This document shows, one piece after another, positions 25,071-38,022 of a stretch of DNA of 64,000 nt. The notes under the pieces are model-generated. The model saw only the letters and a list, made by a program, of their open reading frames with translations, was not told where the DNA came from and made no database searches. A program made the translations under genes and the position numbers. Origin of the DNA: Cetorhinus maximus (taxonomy: Eukaryota); NCBI RefSeq assembly GCF_964194155.1, contig NC_135896.1:31868001-31932000 (forward strand), in the 5' to 3' direction. The first letter of the stretch is position 1. Each line of letters starts with the position of its first letter.

Positions 25071-25313
25071 GACTTTCCAGCAACTTTTGATCCCTTAGAG
25101 AGTGCTAACTCTGTGCAGGGGAGTCCTTTAAATATGGTGCCCCATTACTGAAGGCCTGAGGTGACGGCGGGGCAGGCGAATCAGAGGCTGCCCCACCATC
25201 GACCCGGTGTGTGTTTCACATGAATGCATTATTAATCAGATGGGACAATATGATGCGAAAACCCGCCATTGTGACCAGATGCATAGGCTGCTCACAAGTT
25301 GTCCCCCTTTATG

Positions 25314-25888
25314 AACTCAAAGTTACCGAATTCAAATGAACAGGCTGTATACAACAAAAAATATTTAGAGGAGCCAGTGAGTGTGGTGTCTCAATAAGAC
25401 TTGATCCTGCATTTTTATAAATGTATATGTGTGAATACATTGTTTAAGATAGATGAATTTGAATGAGAAAGCAGTCCAACATACGTCAATGTAACTAGTA
25501 ACTGGTTCTATATAACTTATTGAAACAATTTTCAGTTATTTAAAATCAGGTTACAGCTGCGCTAGACATTCTGATCAAAAATGCATATTTTTTTCTGATT
25601 AATCCATTTTTTGCAGTATTAATGATACTGCACCAGGTTACCACTCAAATAGATCAAGGGATATTTTGGAATGCAGATTGTAATATGCTGCCCAATTGTG
25701 CAGGTCCACTGCAAGTTTTGCACAGAGCAATGTGCAAATAAGCTTGAGCAGAAACTTTAGCAAAATAAGAATCACTTCTGTAAACTGCCACAATTTGATC
25801 CCAGATCACAGATGACACTTGAAGTGGAAATGCTTGGCCATAATTTTTTTTAAAAACTGATTCTCAGGATATGGCACTGGTGAAAGGC
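25314..25888 (+). repeat. Left arm of a ~575-bp inverted duplication
   Basis: Reverse complement of 28009-28592, e.g. gtaactagtaactggttctatataact and tttgatcccagatcacagat. Confidence 0.92.
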
Positions 25889-27234
25889 AAACGGTTGTTT
25901 TCCATTCCTAGTTAGCCTCAGAAAATGCTGGTGGCTTTCTTCTTCTTGAACTATGGAAGACTAAAACCCTATTGTATCCCATACTCAATTCCTGCATCAA
26001 CTGTTTCATTATAAAGTCTGCACTTGGAATGGAAACTGCCCATTTAAACTTGTCATGCTGTAATTAAATCTTCACTCCAGTGCTTGTGCGGTAGCACTTC
26101 TCAAGATTACATCTCCTATCTCCTTAGCTTATACTGCTGAACAGCCCTATGCTCCAAACAATTCTACTCCCCTGCTTTCCAAATTCTTACATTTTGCACT
26201 TTAACATAAATCCATCAAATCAAAATATTTTAGAACTTAAGGACAGTTTGCATAACTTTAAAATGGAGACTGAATTATTGCAGCAAATTCAGGCCCAGTT
26301 ATACGCACACTCTCAGTCCATTTCATTTGAAGATTACACTTAATTGGTTTCCGGTTTCCGGGGGAAATTTCCACCTTTAACAAATGGGTATTAAACTGGT
26401 GAAGCTGACTGGCTGGCCATTATAAAACCCATTATCCCCACCCTCAATTTTAATTTGCAAAATAAAAATTATCCCTCCATGCAACGTGGCTTGTGAATCC
26501 ACTGACAACTTTGTCAACTGTATCCTTGATAATGCTTGTATAAATATGATACAAAACCATAGCATACCCATCACATGTATAATAGGAATATAAGATTAAC
26601 AAGTAAAGGAATAATTTTTATTCATTCACAAGATAATCAATTTCTAGAATGTAATGGCAGCAAAAGTGATGTATTGCAGGCTGCAATAGTGATAAAATGT
26701 GTAAGAAAACAGGCACCTGAGTCCCATCATGTAAAATAAAATGGACAAGACAGCACGTGATTGATGTGGGCACGCCATTCAAGCAAGAAATCAATATTTA
26801 AAATATTAACATTGAATTGTTACTCTTCCATGGACTTATACTGAAATATATAATAGAATCAGAGTACATTGTACCTTGTTACAATTCTTCTAATAGTTTC
26901 AAAATATTTTTTATACTTATTTCAATTTTATATCACTATTGGGCAGAGAGTAAAGCCATTTCACACTTTCATCTGAGCAGGTGGAAGGACCCACTGGTTT
27001 GTTAAAGTTTTATATCTTTGATAGCTGGCAGAAAATGAAGCAGGTTATCAGGTGCAGAAACCTAAAGGTTTAGAATCGCAGAGGCAGGAAAATTAGAGTG
27101 CCTCAACCCAATAATCTTTATAGGCCCAATACCGATGGGCTGCATGACGACGCTCTGTGCTGTATTACTCTATGGTATCAAAGCCCAAATATTTTAGGCT
27201 TTCAATGGCAAAAGTAGAGACCAGTGGTTCATCA

Positions 27235-28004
27235 CCTGAAGGTCATCATCAACCTGAAACATTGGGCAGAATTTTGCCCTTGGTGGGCGTGCGGGACCCA
27301 CCGGCTCGGCGGCGGGCGGACAGCTGACCCCCGCCGCTGAAACGGGGCCTGTCGCCATTTTGAGTGGGTGGGCCAATTAAGGCCCGCCCAACGGCCTGCC
27401 AGACGTGAAGCGCTATGCACTTCCTGTGCTGGGGGGGAGGGATTCCCCATCTGTCAACGTGCGCTCTTTCATGCATGCGCACAAAAGAGCGCACTGCTCC
27501 CTGAGGCAAAATGCTGCATCAAGGAGATTAGTGACAGTCTAAAAAACTTAAAAATTAGAAAACTTAAAATATTATTAACATGTCCCCCTCATGTGACAAT
27601 GTCACACGAGATGGGACATGTTAATAAACATGACATAAGCTTTATTAAACTTTTTAAAAACGGACATGAAGCCTCATCCCGCCAGTGGATGAGGTTTCAT
27701 GTATTATCAGAAGCCTGCTGGGGCTCCTGGCCTGCCCACCAGCCTTAAGGTTGGACGGGCAGGTCTTTAATGGTCATAATTAGCCTGTCAATGGCCTTAC
27801 TTGGCCATTGACAGGTCGGCTGGCGGACAGCTGATTTCGCTGTCCACCCGTCTTCCTAAAAATTTAAAGGGACCGGGATGATGTCGGGGGTTCCTCCCGA
27901 GTGGGCCCCACCCCCAAATCGCTGATGGGGAAATTCTGGCCATTAACTCGGATTCTTTCTCCACAGACGTTGCCTGACCTGCTGAGTATATCCAGCATTT
28001 TCTG
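27235..28004 (+). mobile_element. Penelope pLTR fragment interrupted by a MITE
   Basis: gaaggtcatcatcaacctgaaac[ATT]aactcggattctttctccacagacgttgcctgacctgctgagta...ccagcattttctg matches the repeat at 39326-39560 and 60260-60390. Confidence 0.8.
27264..27941 (-). mobile_element. Harbinger MITE (same subfamily as 10155-10860, opposite orientation)
   Basis: TIRs gggcagaatttt and gaaattctggcc; ATT TSD at 27261-27263 and 27942-27944. Confidence 0.92.
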
Positions 28005-28008
28005 GATG

Positions 28009-28592
28009 GCCTTTCACCAGTGCCATATCCTGAGAATCAGTTTAAAAAAATGATAGCCAAACATTCCCACTTTAAGTACAATCTGTGATCTGGGATCAAA
28101 TTGTGGTAGTTTACAGGAGTGATTCTTTTTTTGCTAAAGTTTCCACTCAAGCTTACTTGCACATTGTTATGTGCAAAATTTGTCATGGACTTTCACAATT
28201 GGGTAGCGTTTTACAATCTGCATTCCAAAATATTCCTTGATATATTTCAGTGGTAAACCTGGTGCAGTATCATTAATACAGCCAAAAATGGATTAATCAG
28301 AAAAAATATGTATTTTTGATCAGAATGTCTAGCCCAGCACCTGTGAGTAACCTGATTTTAAATAACTGAAAATCGTTTCAGAAAGTTATATAGAACCAGT
28401 TACTAGTTACGTTGATTATGTTGGACTGCTTTCACATTCAATTTTAGCTACATTAAACAACAAAGTATTCACACGTACATTTGTAATAATGCAGGATCAA
28501 GTTTTATTGGGACACCATACTCACTGTCTCTGTCTCCTTTAAATATTTTCGTTGTATACAGCCTGTTCATTTGAATTCGATAACTTTGAGTT
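28009..28592 (-). repeat. Right arm of the ~575-bp inverted duplication
   Basis: Reverse complement of 25314-25888. Confidence 0.92.
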
Positions 28593-28760
28593 TATTCTTA
28601 AACTAATCTACATTCCTGGATATTTGAAATGCACCCTGGCTATTGTATTTATTCACTATGCTGGTATATTGGTGAACAACATGATCTGGGTGAAGTCCAT
28701 CCCCAGTTCCAGTACTGGCCACAAAGCCACAAATATTTATATTCTTCCTTCCTCATCCAC

Positions 28761-30731
28761 GGGCCGAATTTTCATCTGGGTGTGGAGGGGCATTTCGGTG
28801 CACAAACGGCTGAATTTCCTTTTTTGGAGGAAATCGAATTTTCCTCCCCATTCCTGATCCCACACCATTTTGCTCTGGCCTTTTTGTGGGTCGGAAATGC
28901 CTAGCGTGCAAACACCCACCTCCATTGAGGTCAGGTTCACCATTTTAAATAGGAAACAAAAATGAGATATCCCCCTCTCATTTCCATCTGGTGGTATGCA
29001 TTTTGGAAGTCCATCAAAAGCACAAACGATTTGAGAGTTTATGAAGAAAATGGAAAGCCTGCTGAGGAATCAGGAATATTCTGAAAGGTAAGTGGAAGGT
29101 GTTTTTGCACTTTCAAATGTCACAATTAGGTACTGAATTTTAATTTAGAGGTGCTTTTAATGCAGTGATTCATCATAGGGTTCTGTCCTTTAAAAGTATG
29201 CTGACCCTTACATTCACCAGTCTGTATATTTGTTCACATGCATTACAGTACTTTTCCAATGGTAAAAAGACCACTATGCAGTGAAAAATGTTATAAAATG
29301 TCCTGTCAGCCTGTGCTGTCATAGAAACATAGGAAATAGGAGCAGGAATAGGTCATTGGGTCCCTTGAGCCTGCTCTGCCATTCAACCAGATCATGACTG
29401 ATCTTCTACCTCAATGCCATTTTCCCACACTAACCCCATATCCCTTAATGTCTTTAATGTCTAAAAGTCTGCCAACTTCTGTCTTGAAAATACCCAATGA
29501 CTGAACCTCCAGAGCCCTTTGGGATAGAGAATTTCAAAGGTAATGTTCTGAGGCAGTGTTCTCTGATTCTAGGCCCACCAGTCAGGGGAAACATCCTTCC
29601 TGCATCTACCCTGTCGAGCCCTGTAGGGATTTTGTAAGTTTGAATGAGATCACCCCTCATTCTTCTAAACTCCAAAGAATACAGGGCTAATCTCCCCTCA
29701 GAGGATGATCCTCCCATCGCAGGAATCAGTTTGGTGAGTCTTTGCTGCACTTCCTCTATGGCAAGTATACCCTTTCATAGTAAGGGGATCAAAACTGTAC
29801 ACAGTACTCCAGATGCAGTCTCACCAAGGCTCTATACAACAGCAGAAAGACTTCTTTACTATGATTTAAATAGTTCTGGCTAATAATAAAAAAAAAATTG
29901 GTTTTGACACTTGGAAAAAATCCACCCACCTGCTCCCTTACATTGACTGACAGGCACTGCTTTGAAAATGAAATGAGCACCTTCTGTTCTTCCCAGAGTA
30001 GTGTATTTTTTTGGACAGTTGTGGTCATCATGAATGCTTTGCTGGGTTTCAATTGCTAATGGATTTCAACACTGTAGTTGTTTCATTCAACTGAGAATGA
30101 ATGAAGTTGAAATTACAGGTAGCGCCTTTGATGTGGTTTCTGGTTTGTTGGCACAAGCTAATAGGATTACAAGGTTTTTTTCACATGGCAGAATGCATTT
30201 TCTTCTCTGTATCAATAATATGGAGGTTTTTATTAGATGGTGAGAAGTTTTTTTTTCCCAAAAAATGTAAAATATTTTCCATTGATATTGCATAGAATCG
30301 GAGAACTGTAAATGGTGCATACTGAGTGATGCATGAGAGACATAGAGGTGGCATGGAGGTGGGCACTGGGTGATCTGAGTGGATATGGACGATACGTGGG
30401 GGTTTGGAGGCAGTATGGGGCGGTATGAGCGATCTGAGGTGACATGGGCTGGCATGGGTGGGGGTGTGAGGGAGATGAGGGGTGAGGTTTAGATGAACTT
30501 TAAACACTGTTGGGAGCTGGGGACTATATTGGAGAAGTGAGGCGGGCCCTCAAACCAACATGACTCAGCATCCATACTTCTTAGGCACTCCAGTGTAGCT
30601 CGCAAACTGCACTGCAAATCAATGTGTAAAGACAAAAATAGCATGTGAAATCAGGCATGAGGTAGGTGCGCAATTTGTAAGCCGCGAAAGTGCAGGTCAG
30701 GTTTTCCTGAGCTTAGATAAAGATTCAGCCC
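28761..30731. mobile_element. Longer non-autonomous Harbinger-type element with nested CR1 fragment
   Basis: TIR-like gggccgaatttt and aagattcagccc; flanks CAC and CAT; no coding capacity seen. Confidence 0.55.
29320..29862 (-). mobile_element. CR1 LINE 3' fragment
   Basis: LYRALVRLHLEYCVQF, QQRLTKLIPAM, LYSLEFRRMRGDLIQTYKI; tail cctgctcctatttcctatgtttctatg. Confidence 0.9.
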
Positions 30732-31439
30732 CATAGATCTAATAATAATTTGCCTGCCTAATGTTATGTTATAGATATTGTTCAGCATGACACTGATAGT
30801 AATCTAGGGGAGGAAGAGAGAAGATAGATGGTAAAGTAGGTTATAGAACACTGCACTTTACCTATAAAGATCTTCGCTTAGAAATCCTAGCAGTGTCACT
30901 ATCCGTCACTTTGTTCCACCATGATCCTGCCCCAAGTTCCAGAGATGGGGGTCATTATCACAATATGGGCAGACACACACACTGTAGCACAAGAGAGTCA
31001 TCCTCCCGAAGTAACAGGAACAAAAGGAATCTCTGAGAAAGAACTGTAGACTAGTTGGGCTGAAGAATTAAAGATCTGCTTTGTTCTTCAGAGAACCTTC
31101 TAAGCTGGTAGCTCCCCCCATCCCCACCATCAAATCAAATAGCATTTGAACTCCCTGGAATGGACTGACATGCAGTTTCTTCTTGTTAGCCCCACTTGTA
31201 GGTCAGTGCAACATATATACTCGCATTCTGCCGACCGATAGTGTATCTGGTAGAATTTCTGGGTCAGACTGGAAGTACAGAAAAGCCCCAAGAAGGATCA
31301 GAATTGCTGGGGTTTTGAGTAAAATCCAGCCTGGAACATTTGGCTGACATCCATCTTTACTCTGCTGGATATTAGATGGCCTTAGAGAAATAAATTTATG
31401 TACTTTCATTTTGGACCATGGTAGATAAATGTCAGTTCA

Positions 31440-32130
31440 CAGCACAAACTCCCTCTCAGGTGCCATGCCCTAAGAAAACATTGGAGTCCAATGTTAATCT
31501 TGTTCTGGAGGCGTGCATGATTGTCGTTGGTGGTACATTCATCCAGTTTGTGAAGCTCTTTAGAAAGACTGTTCTTTGTCTACCTCAATCTCTTTTACCA
31601 TCAATCTTCCCCAACAGCATCAGACTTTCTAAATCATGATCTCTTCTTACATCCTCAAGAAATTCCAACTGTCTCTTCCTGATCTCGGTCAGCAGTGTTC
31701 TTTGGTATCAAATTTTACTAGCACCTCTTCTTTGGTAGTGTGACTTCTCCAAGATAGTTTCATTATTTGCCTCAAAAACTGTAACTCTGCAGCCTCAATT
31801 CTTCTCTGCATTGCTTCGCTGATTGTCCAACTCTCGCTCCGGTATGTCAAAATTAGTGTGGTGTAGCATTCCAGGATTCCCAGCTTTGTTTTCACGGCTA
31901 ATTTTGGGTTGATCATAATCTTTTTCATTTTTTGAAATGCTTCCTTGGCCATTCTAATCCTTCATCTCATTTCTTGGTCGCACTTTCCATCCAATGTTAA
32001 CATACTTGCTGGGTAACAAAAGTTGTATACCTGTTTGACCTTTTCATTCTTTTCATTCTGAATAAATCTGGGGAGAAAACATACCCCTGCCTGACCCTCT
32101 TTTAACCTTCACAAACACTCCTCCCATTTA
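31440..32130 (-). mobile_element. RTE-clade LINE 3' fragment
   Basis: RMAKEAFQKMK...ILTYRSESWTI...RIEAAELQFLRQIMKLSW, typical of the RTE ORF C-terminus. Confidence 0.85.
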
Positions 32131-34159
32131 CAACATGGCACTAATCTAAATGAATCAGTGGAAATGTTCACTGTGTGGCAATACAAAGGTTAAACTTGAA
32201 TGCTAATAATAATGGAGAAGAGAAAAATGCTTTACTATGGTGCTATGTTCAATAAGAGTGGATCAGATTGAATAACATCAAAGCATCTACTTCAACCTAC
32301 AGCCACAGACCTTACTCCCCATCCTACCTTATTTTGTAGAATTCAAGTTACGCATTTCAGTAGCAGATGCTCCAGGCGTCGATCCACAACTGACACTCAA
32401 TGCTTTCTATGTCCAGTGTAATCAGGCATCTTAATTATATGCTCTAGATATCTTGTAGCCAACACACAGGCTGCTCGTTTAATTAATTATGCTTTGTATT
32501 CTTAAAATCTATCAATTGTCTGATGATCTTCGAGACGGTAAAGACCATGTCTATCACAACATAAAAGCAATTAGATTTCTTTCAGGATGTACTTATACAA
32601 TTTACTTACCATGAATACAGTTTCCTTTACATTCATGAATTTGTGAATGCATTGAGTAACTTTGATACAGATTGAAACAAAATCTCAGTTGCTGCATATT
32701 CTGTACTTGTGCTAAAATGCTAGATGAAATTGTAAATGGAAGTTAATTTCCCCAATGATCTTATAGAGCAGTACATCATTGATAAAGTCAATTAAAAGCA
32801 TAATTTTTGAGTAAAGTCAGCATTGAAGAGAATAAATTAGATCAATTTTATTTTTGACACCTAATTATTGAGCTCTTTGTTCTTGTTGTTAATACCCCAG
32901 CTGTTAGAATAGCATTTTGTGCTGTTTCAAACAACTTCACTTTTGGAGGTTATTTTCAATTTATTCATAGTTCAATGGTTCAGCATGTTAGAATATTGTC
33001 CTTTCAGATCTATTAATAAGTTAAAATCCATTCATTTTGAAGCATTTCAGACCCTGTTTGTCCTAGGGTTCTGAAACTAGAGGGCTCATTGTCAGTAGGG
33101 CAGTTTTATAAATTACCCATGTGGATTCCATTTAGGATCAATGTCCAATTTTCAGGACTCCAGTACTGGATCCAAAGAATCAAAGCAAATTTGGCATGGT
33201 TATGTTCTGTTGTTGATAGAGCAATACTATCATAATGCATCAGCTCATATTTTCCAACCAGTTTAAAATGAAGGAGTTACCACTTGTATTAAGATAATGC
33301 CAATCAAGAAATCAAGGCTATAGAATTTAACAATTATGTTAATGATCCTTAGTTGCAGAACATCAATACTGCCCATTTAGAACATTTTAATTATTCCTGC
33401 AGGATTCAACTTGAATTTCTAACATCCAGTTAGATACATGGTTACATCTAAAATGATTAAGATAGTTGGAGATAAGTCTCCTGGTGTTCAGTTTGCTTGG
33501 AGCATTTTCCAACTTTTAATTATATCATCTTAAATTTACAGAAAAATACATTTGAACACAACCAGAGTTTACATATAGTGAACTAGGTTTCCTATATCAG
33601 ATCTTTCCTATTAGATAATACTTCCAATTTAGACAACGTTGGAATTGGCTGATAGTTAAAATGACAAATGCTTTCTATTGAGGACTATCCACTTCTGTCC
33701 CTTTAAAATGTTTCCACAATACATCCCCAATAACTAGAGGAAATGGATTTTTGTTCTAAGTTAATTTGGCATCCGTGTACATGAGGGATGGCAGAGATAA
33801 TTATTTCTCCATTGAAAAGCTCTCTGGCATATTCCTGACAAACAATGTTCCTAGCCCCCTCTGTTCCAGCACTGGAAAGCTGCACATCTGTCTGTAGCTG
33901 AAGAGCAACAGCCCAAGGAGCCAAGGCCAGCTCTACTGGACTCTTTGTACAAATTTTGAAACTTGACTTTTAGGTTCTATTTTAATTGTTGCTGGACCCC
34001 TTCAGACCAGAGGGCCTCAGAGAGTTCAGGTCAAAGCCATAGTGTACGCCCTGTCCCAGGGGAAGAATGGGGGATGGGAGGGGTCTTCAGCTATCATAGT
34101 GTGTACAGTAGATGTGGTAGACTAACTAGTCTTTTTCTACCTATCAATTTTACCTAGCA

Positions 34160-34600
34160 ACAGCCTGGGGGTTACCTTGACCAGAAACTGAATTGGATAC
34201 TGTGGATACAGGAGCAGCTCAGAGGCTGGGAATTCTGTGGTGAGTAACTCACCTCATGTCTCCTCAAAGCCTGTTCACCATTTACAAGACACAAGTCAGG
34301 ATTGTGATGAAATATTCTCCACTTGCCTGGATGAGTGCAGCTTCAAATTACTTTCATGAAGATTGACACCTTTGAGGACAGAGTTTATTCAGCGCCCTTC
34401 AACATTCACTCCTTTTTCCTGCGCACAGTGGCCAGCAATGTGCGCTATATACAAGATACACTGCAGCAACTCACAAATGGTTCTTTGGCAGCACCTTCCA
34501 AAACGGTGACCTTCATCATTTAGAAGGATAAGGGCAGTAGGCTTATAGGAACACCACCATCTGGAAACTCTCCTCCAAGCCATGCCCCATCCTGACTTGG
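34160..34600 (+). mobile_element. 3' fragment of the 14408-17655 LINE family
   Basis: gaccagaaactgaattgg...cagaggctgggaattctg...aatattctccacttgcctggatgagtgcagc matches the reverse complement of ~14600-15070. Confidence 0.85.
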
Positions 34601-34704
34601 GGTGGTGGAATGGAAATCATGCATTAGCTACCTGCAACTCTTAAAGGGGAAATACACTGGATGCTGTCATCAGGACTGCAGTTGAGTGAATGAATGGCAG
34701 GCAG

Positions 34705-36201
34705 ATATGCTGCAAGAAGGGCTCCCTACCTTTCTCAAGCAGCTTTGGAAGTGCCAGCAAATGAGGTGACCAGGTAGGGGGAGCTGCTCGTCCTTTCAGA
34801 CAGCGGAAGGCTGTGCCATGGCAAATTTCCCAGCGTCAGCGGACAGAGATTGTGGCACCTTGCTGCAATGCCACAACGATTTCAATGATCTCATCACAGC
34901 TGCAAAGATAAAACTCCTACTCACATACTCTCTCCTTAGCCATGCACCATCTGCAGCCCTCACACTTTCAAGCCTCCCCTCCCCTGATTCCTCACTCTCC
35001 TCAAATCACTGTAACAAACGTCCCGATATTAGAATTCTAATGACCTTTGGGGAGGAGGCTGCAGAAATAGCCGGGAAGGAGCAGGACCATGCTTGTGCCA
35101 AAAGTGAGACTGGAGTCCCCCAGCAAGCCACTGACGATGCTGCCAGTCTGCAGTTGTCAGATGTGCCCACAGAGTGGGACATGGCTAAGGGAGCGTGCTT
35201 TGGCGTCCACTAAATCTTTCTCTTCTCCATTCCAGGCACCAGCAAGAAAAAGGGGCAGCAAAGAAGGGAGACCATCCACAGCTCCAGCAACAAACCCACC
35301 TCTGAGGATGATGCCTCAGAATTCTCAGCGGATGCACCGTCATGGCGTAAACCTGCACCCTTCCTCAGCGCAGAGACATGCACCTCGGTAGGTGCACGTT
35401 CTAGAGCGGATCCGGGGTCACAATCTGGTGGGCACAGCTGGCAGAGGCAGTGAAGGTGAGGTCTCCGACACTCGGAGGACCGCTGGAGACCATGCCCCTG
35501 CTCACCCCATGCAGATGATGAGCCCCTGGACTCGGCCATTACAGACATGTTGGAGATGCAGGCAGGGAACATCAGGCAGAGGTGGCAGATGCTATGCGCA
35601 GACTGGACCGAAGGCTGGAGGAGTCCATCCATGTAATGTCAGCTGTCATGGCTCTGGCATCCGAACGCTTAGCTGCCTCCATGGAAAGGGTGGCAGCCTC
35701 TTGGTGACGCAGGTCCAGCAGAAGACACAGTTGCTACTGGATATGCATTCAGACCTACATTCTGTCGGTCTAGCCATGGGTCAAATGCAGCAGTGGCTAG
35801 GCGAAGTGGGGGTGGGCGGGCACCTCAACCTCCCTCCAGCCGTCCCTTCTCTTCAAGGAGTCAGGGACGTGCCATCACACATCAACAGGGAGAAGGAGCA
35901 CCTACAAGGCACCCAGGATACTTTATCTCATGACACTCCATGGGTGCCCTGCTGCTCCATCTCCCCTCTGCCAGTGACCCCATCGCCTCCAGAAGGTTAA
36001 GCTGAGGAAGGTACACCCGCACCAGTGCAGGGGACCTGTAGCAAGCCCAGGTCCTCTAAGCCTCGGGCCACCGGAGGATGCCTGCCAAGGTCCTCACAGT
36101 AAATGGGGCATGGCAGTCAGCAGGCTGCCTCCACCTCAGCTATGGATACTGGGGCTGCACCTTGACATAGTAATAGGTACAGAAAGATAAAGAAGCATTA
36201 A
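34705..36201 (+). pseudogene. Third Harbinger Myb-like pseudogene (no transposase seen)
   Basis: RRAPYLSQAALEV...LQCHNDFNDLITAAK; PDIRILMTFGEEAAEIAGKEQDHAC, homologous to exon 2 of element B; acceptor ccattccag at ~35236; C-terminus ASTSAMDTGAAP*HSNRYRKIKKH*. Confidence 0.8.
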
Positions 36202-37327
36202 GGGCACAAAGGTGTGTAATTACTGTAAATATCAATCACAGTTGTCAACATGTGGATAATTGCCCCATGTTTATGCTTGTTGTATTCTCATCATGCTGCT
36301 AGTTGCTGAAATGATCATGTGCATTTTAGGGCATCACACTTCATTCCTGATATTCATGGATGATGTGGGCCTATTCAATCACAATTTATTGTCTCCCATC
36401 CTCCGATGTGGAAGGTATAAGGATCCTGAACTGTGTAGGAGGCATCCTCGGGCATCACTGATGAAGTTGAGGACTGGGTTTGAATCTGGCCACCCAGGAG
36501 GTCCTGGTGTCCCGATTATGATCCCTCTGAGAAAGCTTTTTGCGCAGCCTCTGAAACCACTAGCTCCCGCTGTTCTGGCTGTTGCTGTTCCTGGTGCTGG
36601 GTCAGCCTGTGGAGTTCCTCCTCAGCTGCACCATGGCTCGCAAAAGGCAAAGTTGCCTTCATTCGGGATGCCTGAGGTGCACTGTGAACACAGTGCAGTG
36701 ACCCACGTAGTCATCACATTGTTTGAAACTTTTCCTTGGTCCTTGATCAATTCAGCCAAAGGGAAGGCCTGTATCTAGCATCGTTCTACTGAGGACCCGT
36801 GAGAGGGGGCTGCAGATGGTGCTAATCACTGGGGCTCGAGCCTTTAAGGAGGTCTGGGCTCATTGGCTGAATAGCCTTTCAATGGGGATGCTCAGTTTCC
36901 AAAGTAGCCAACAGGCATGTAGACCGCCTGATTGGCAGGCTAATCGGCCAGTGATTGCTGTTGTTCTGAACAGCAGTAATCATTGGCCCAGTTGGATGCG
37001 CCAGATTCCCCAGCCCTCCCTTTTCTTGCCTACCTTCTCGTGTTATCGGACTCGTGTGCTACTTTCTTCCCAGGCTGGAGACTGCAGGCTGCTGGAGTGC
37101 AAGGTAAGTGCTTGTACATTTACTTTACCTCCCCGCTGAAGGCCCTTCCCTCCCAAAGTTTTCCCTGAGTCCTGAAGTCCTCGCCCAGTCCAGTCCCTCG
37201 ATGTTGTCAATGATGGTGTCTGTGGCCCAGAGCCCTTCCCCTCCCGATTTCTTCTCAATGTCGGGAAGTGTAGGGCCCTGGGCCATAGACACCTTCGTTG
37301 AGGGACAAGACTGGGGGAGGACTTGAG

Positions 37328-38022
37328 GGGCATGATTTTCGGGTTTCGGGCAGGCGGACCCGGGAACGGCCGGGAAATGGTCCAACACCCACGATTGGCC
37401 CCACAACCGGGATTTCATGCTGGCTGGCCAATTAACAGCCAGCCAGTGTGAAAGGCGCGCTGAGAATCTCAGCGCTGCTGGGATGGGGGCAGGAGGACGG
37501 CGAGCGCAGAAGTCTGCGCATGCACGGGGGAAGCGCACTGAAAGCCCCCTGAAGGCAGGGAGCTGTCTCAGGGAGCTGTCTCAGGGAGCTGAAGATTTTT
37601 AAAATCAAAAATAAAGATTGTTAAAATCTGGAAAAAATGTCCCGACATGGGATTCACTCACAATAACATCAACAGAATTAAAAATTCTGCCAACAAGTTA
37701 TGTTTTTCATTTAATTGTGGAAACCTCATCCCACCCATGGATGAGGTTTGCTGAAAAGTCAGAAGGCCGCCTGGCCGATTTGCCTGCCCGCCAACTGTAA
37801 GGTTTGATGGGCAGCGAAAAATAGGATTAAATTAATTGATTAAGGGCCTTAACGAGGCTCTTAATTGTCGGCGGGCATGCTGCTGACTCTCGCGCGCACC
37901 TGCCAACCGAAATATCGCACGAGTGCGGAACGACATTGGACACTTGCCCGAAGTCATTGCTCACCATTTTACGCCCAATCGGGTCAGGCACCTGCCCGCC
38001 CGCAGGACATAAAATCCTGCCT
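37328..38022 (-). mobile_element. Harbinger MITE (diverged subfamily)
   Basis: TIRs gggcatgatttt and aaaatcctgcct; flanks GAG and CAG; same internal modules in reverse order. Confidence 0.85.

Larger units (their letters stand above)
20273..25290 (+). mobile_element. Degenerate PIF/Harbinger DNA transposon B (convergent transposase and Myb genes)
   Basis: Left TIR-like gggtggaatcat at 20273 after ATT; transposase on +, Myb gene on -; right TIR apparently lost near 25290. Confidence 0.85.
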
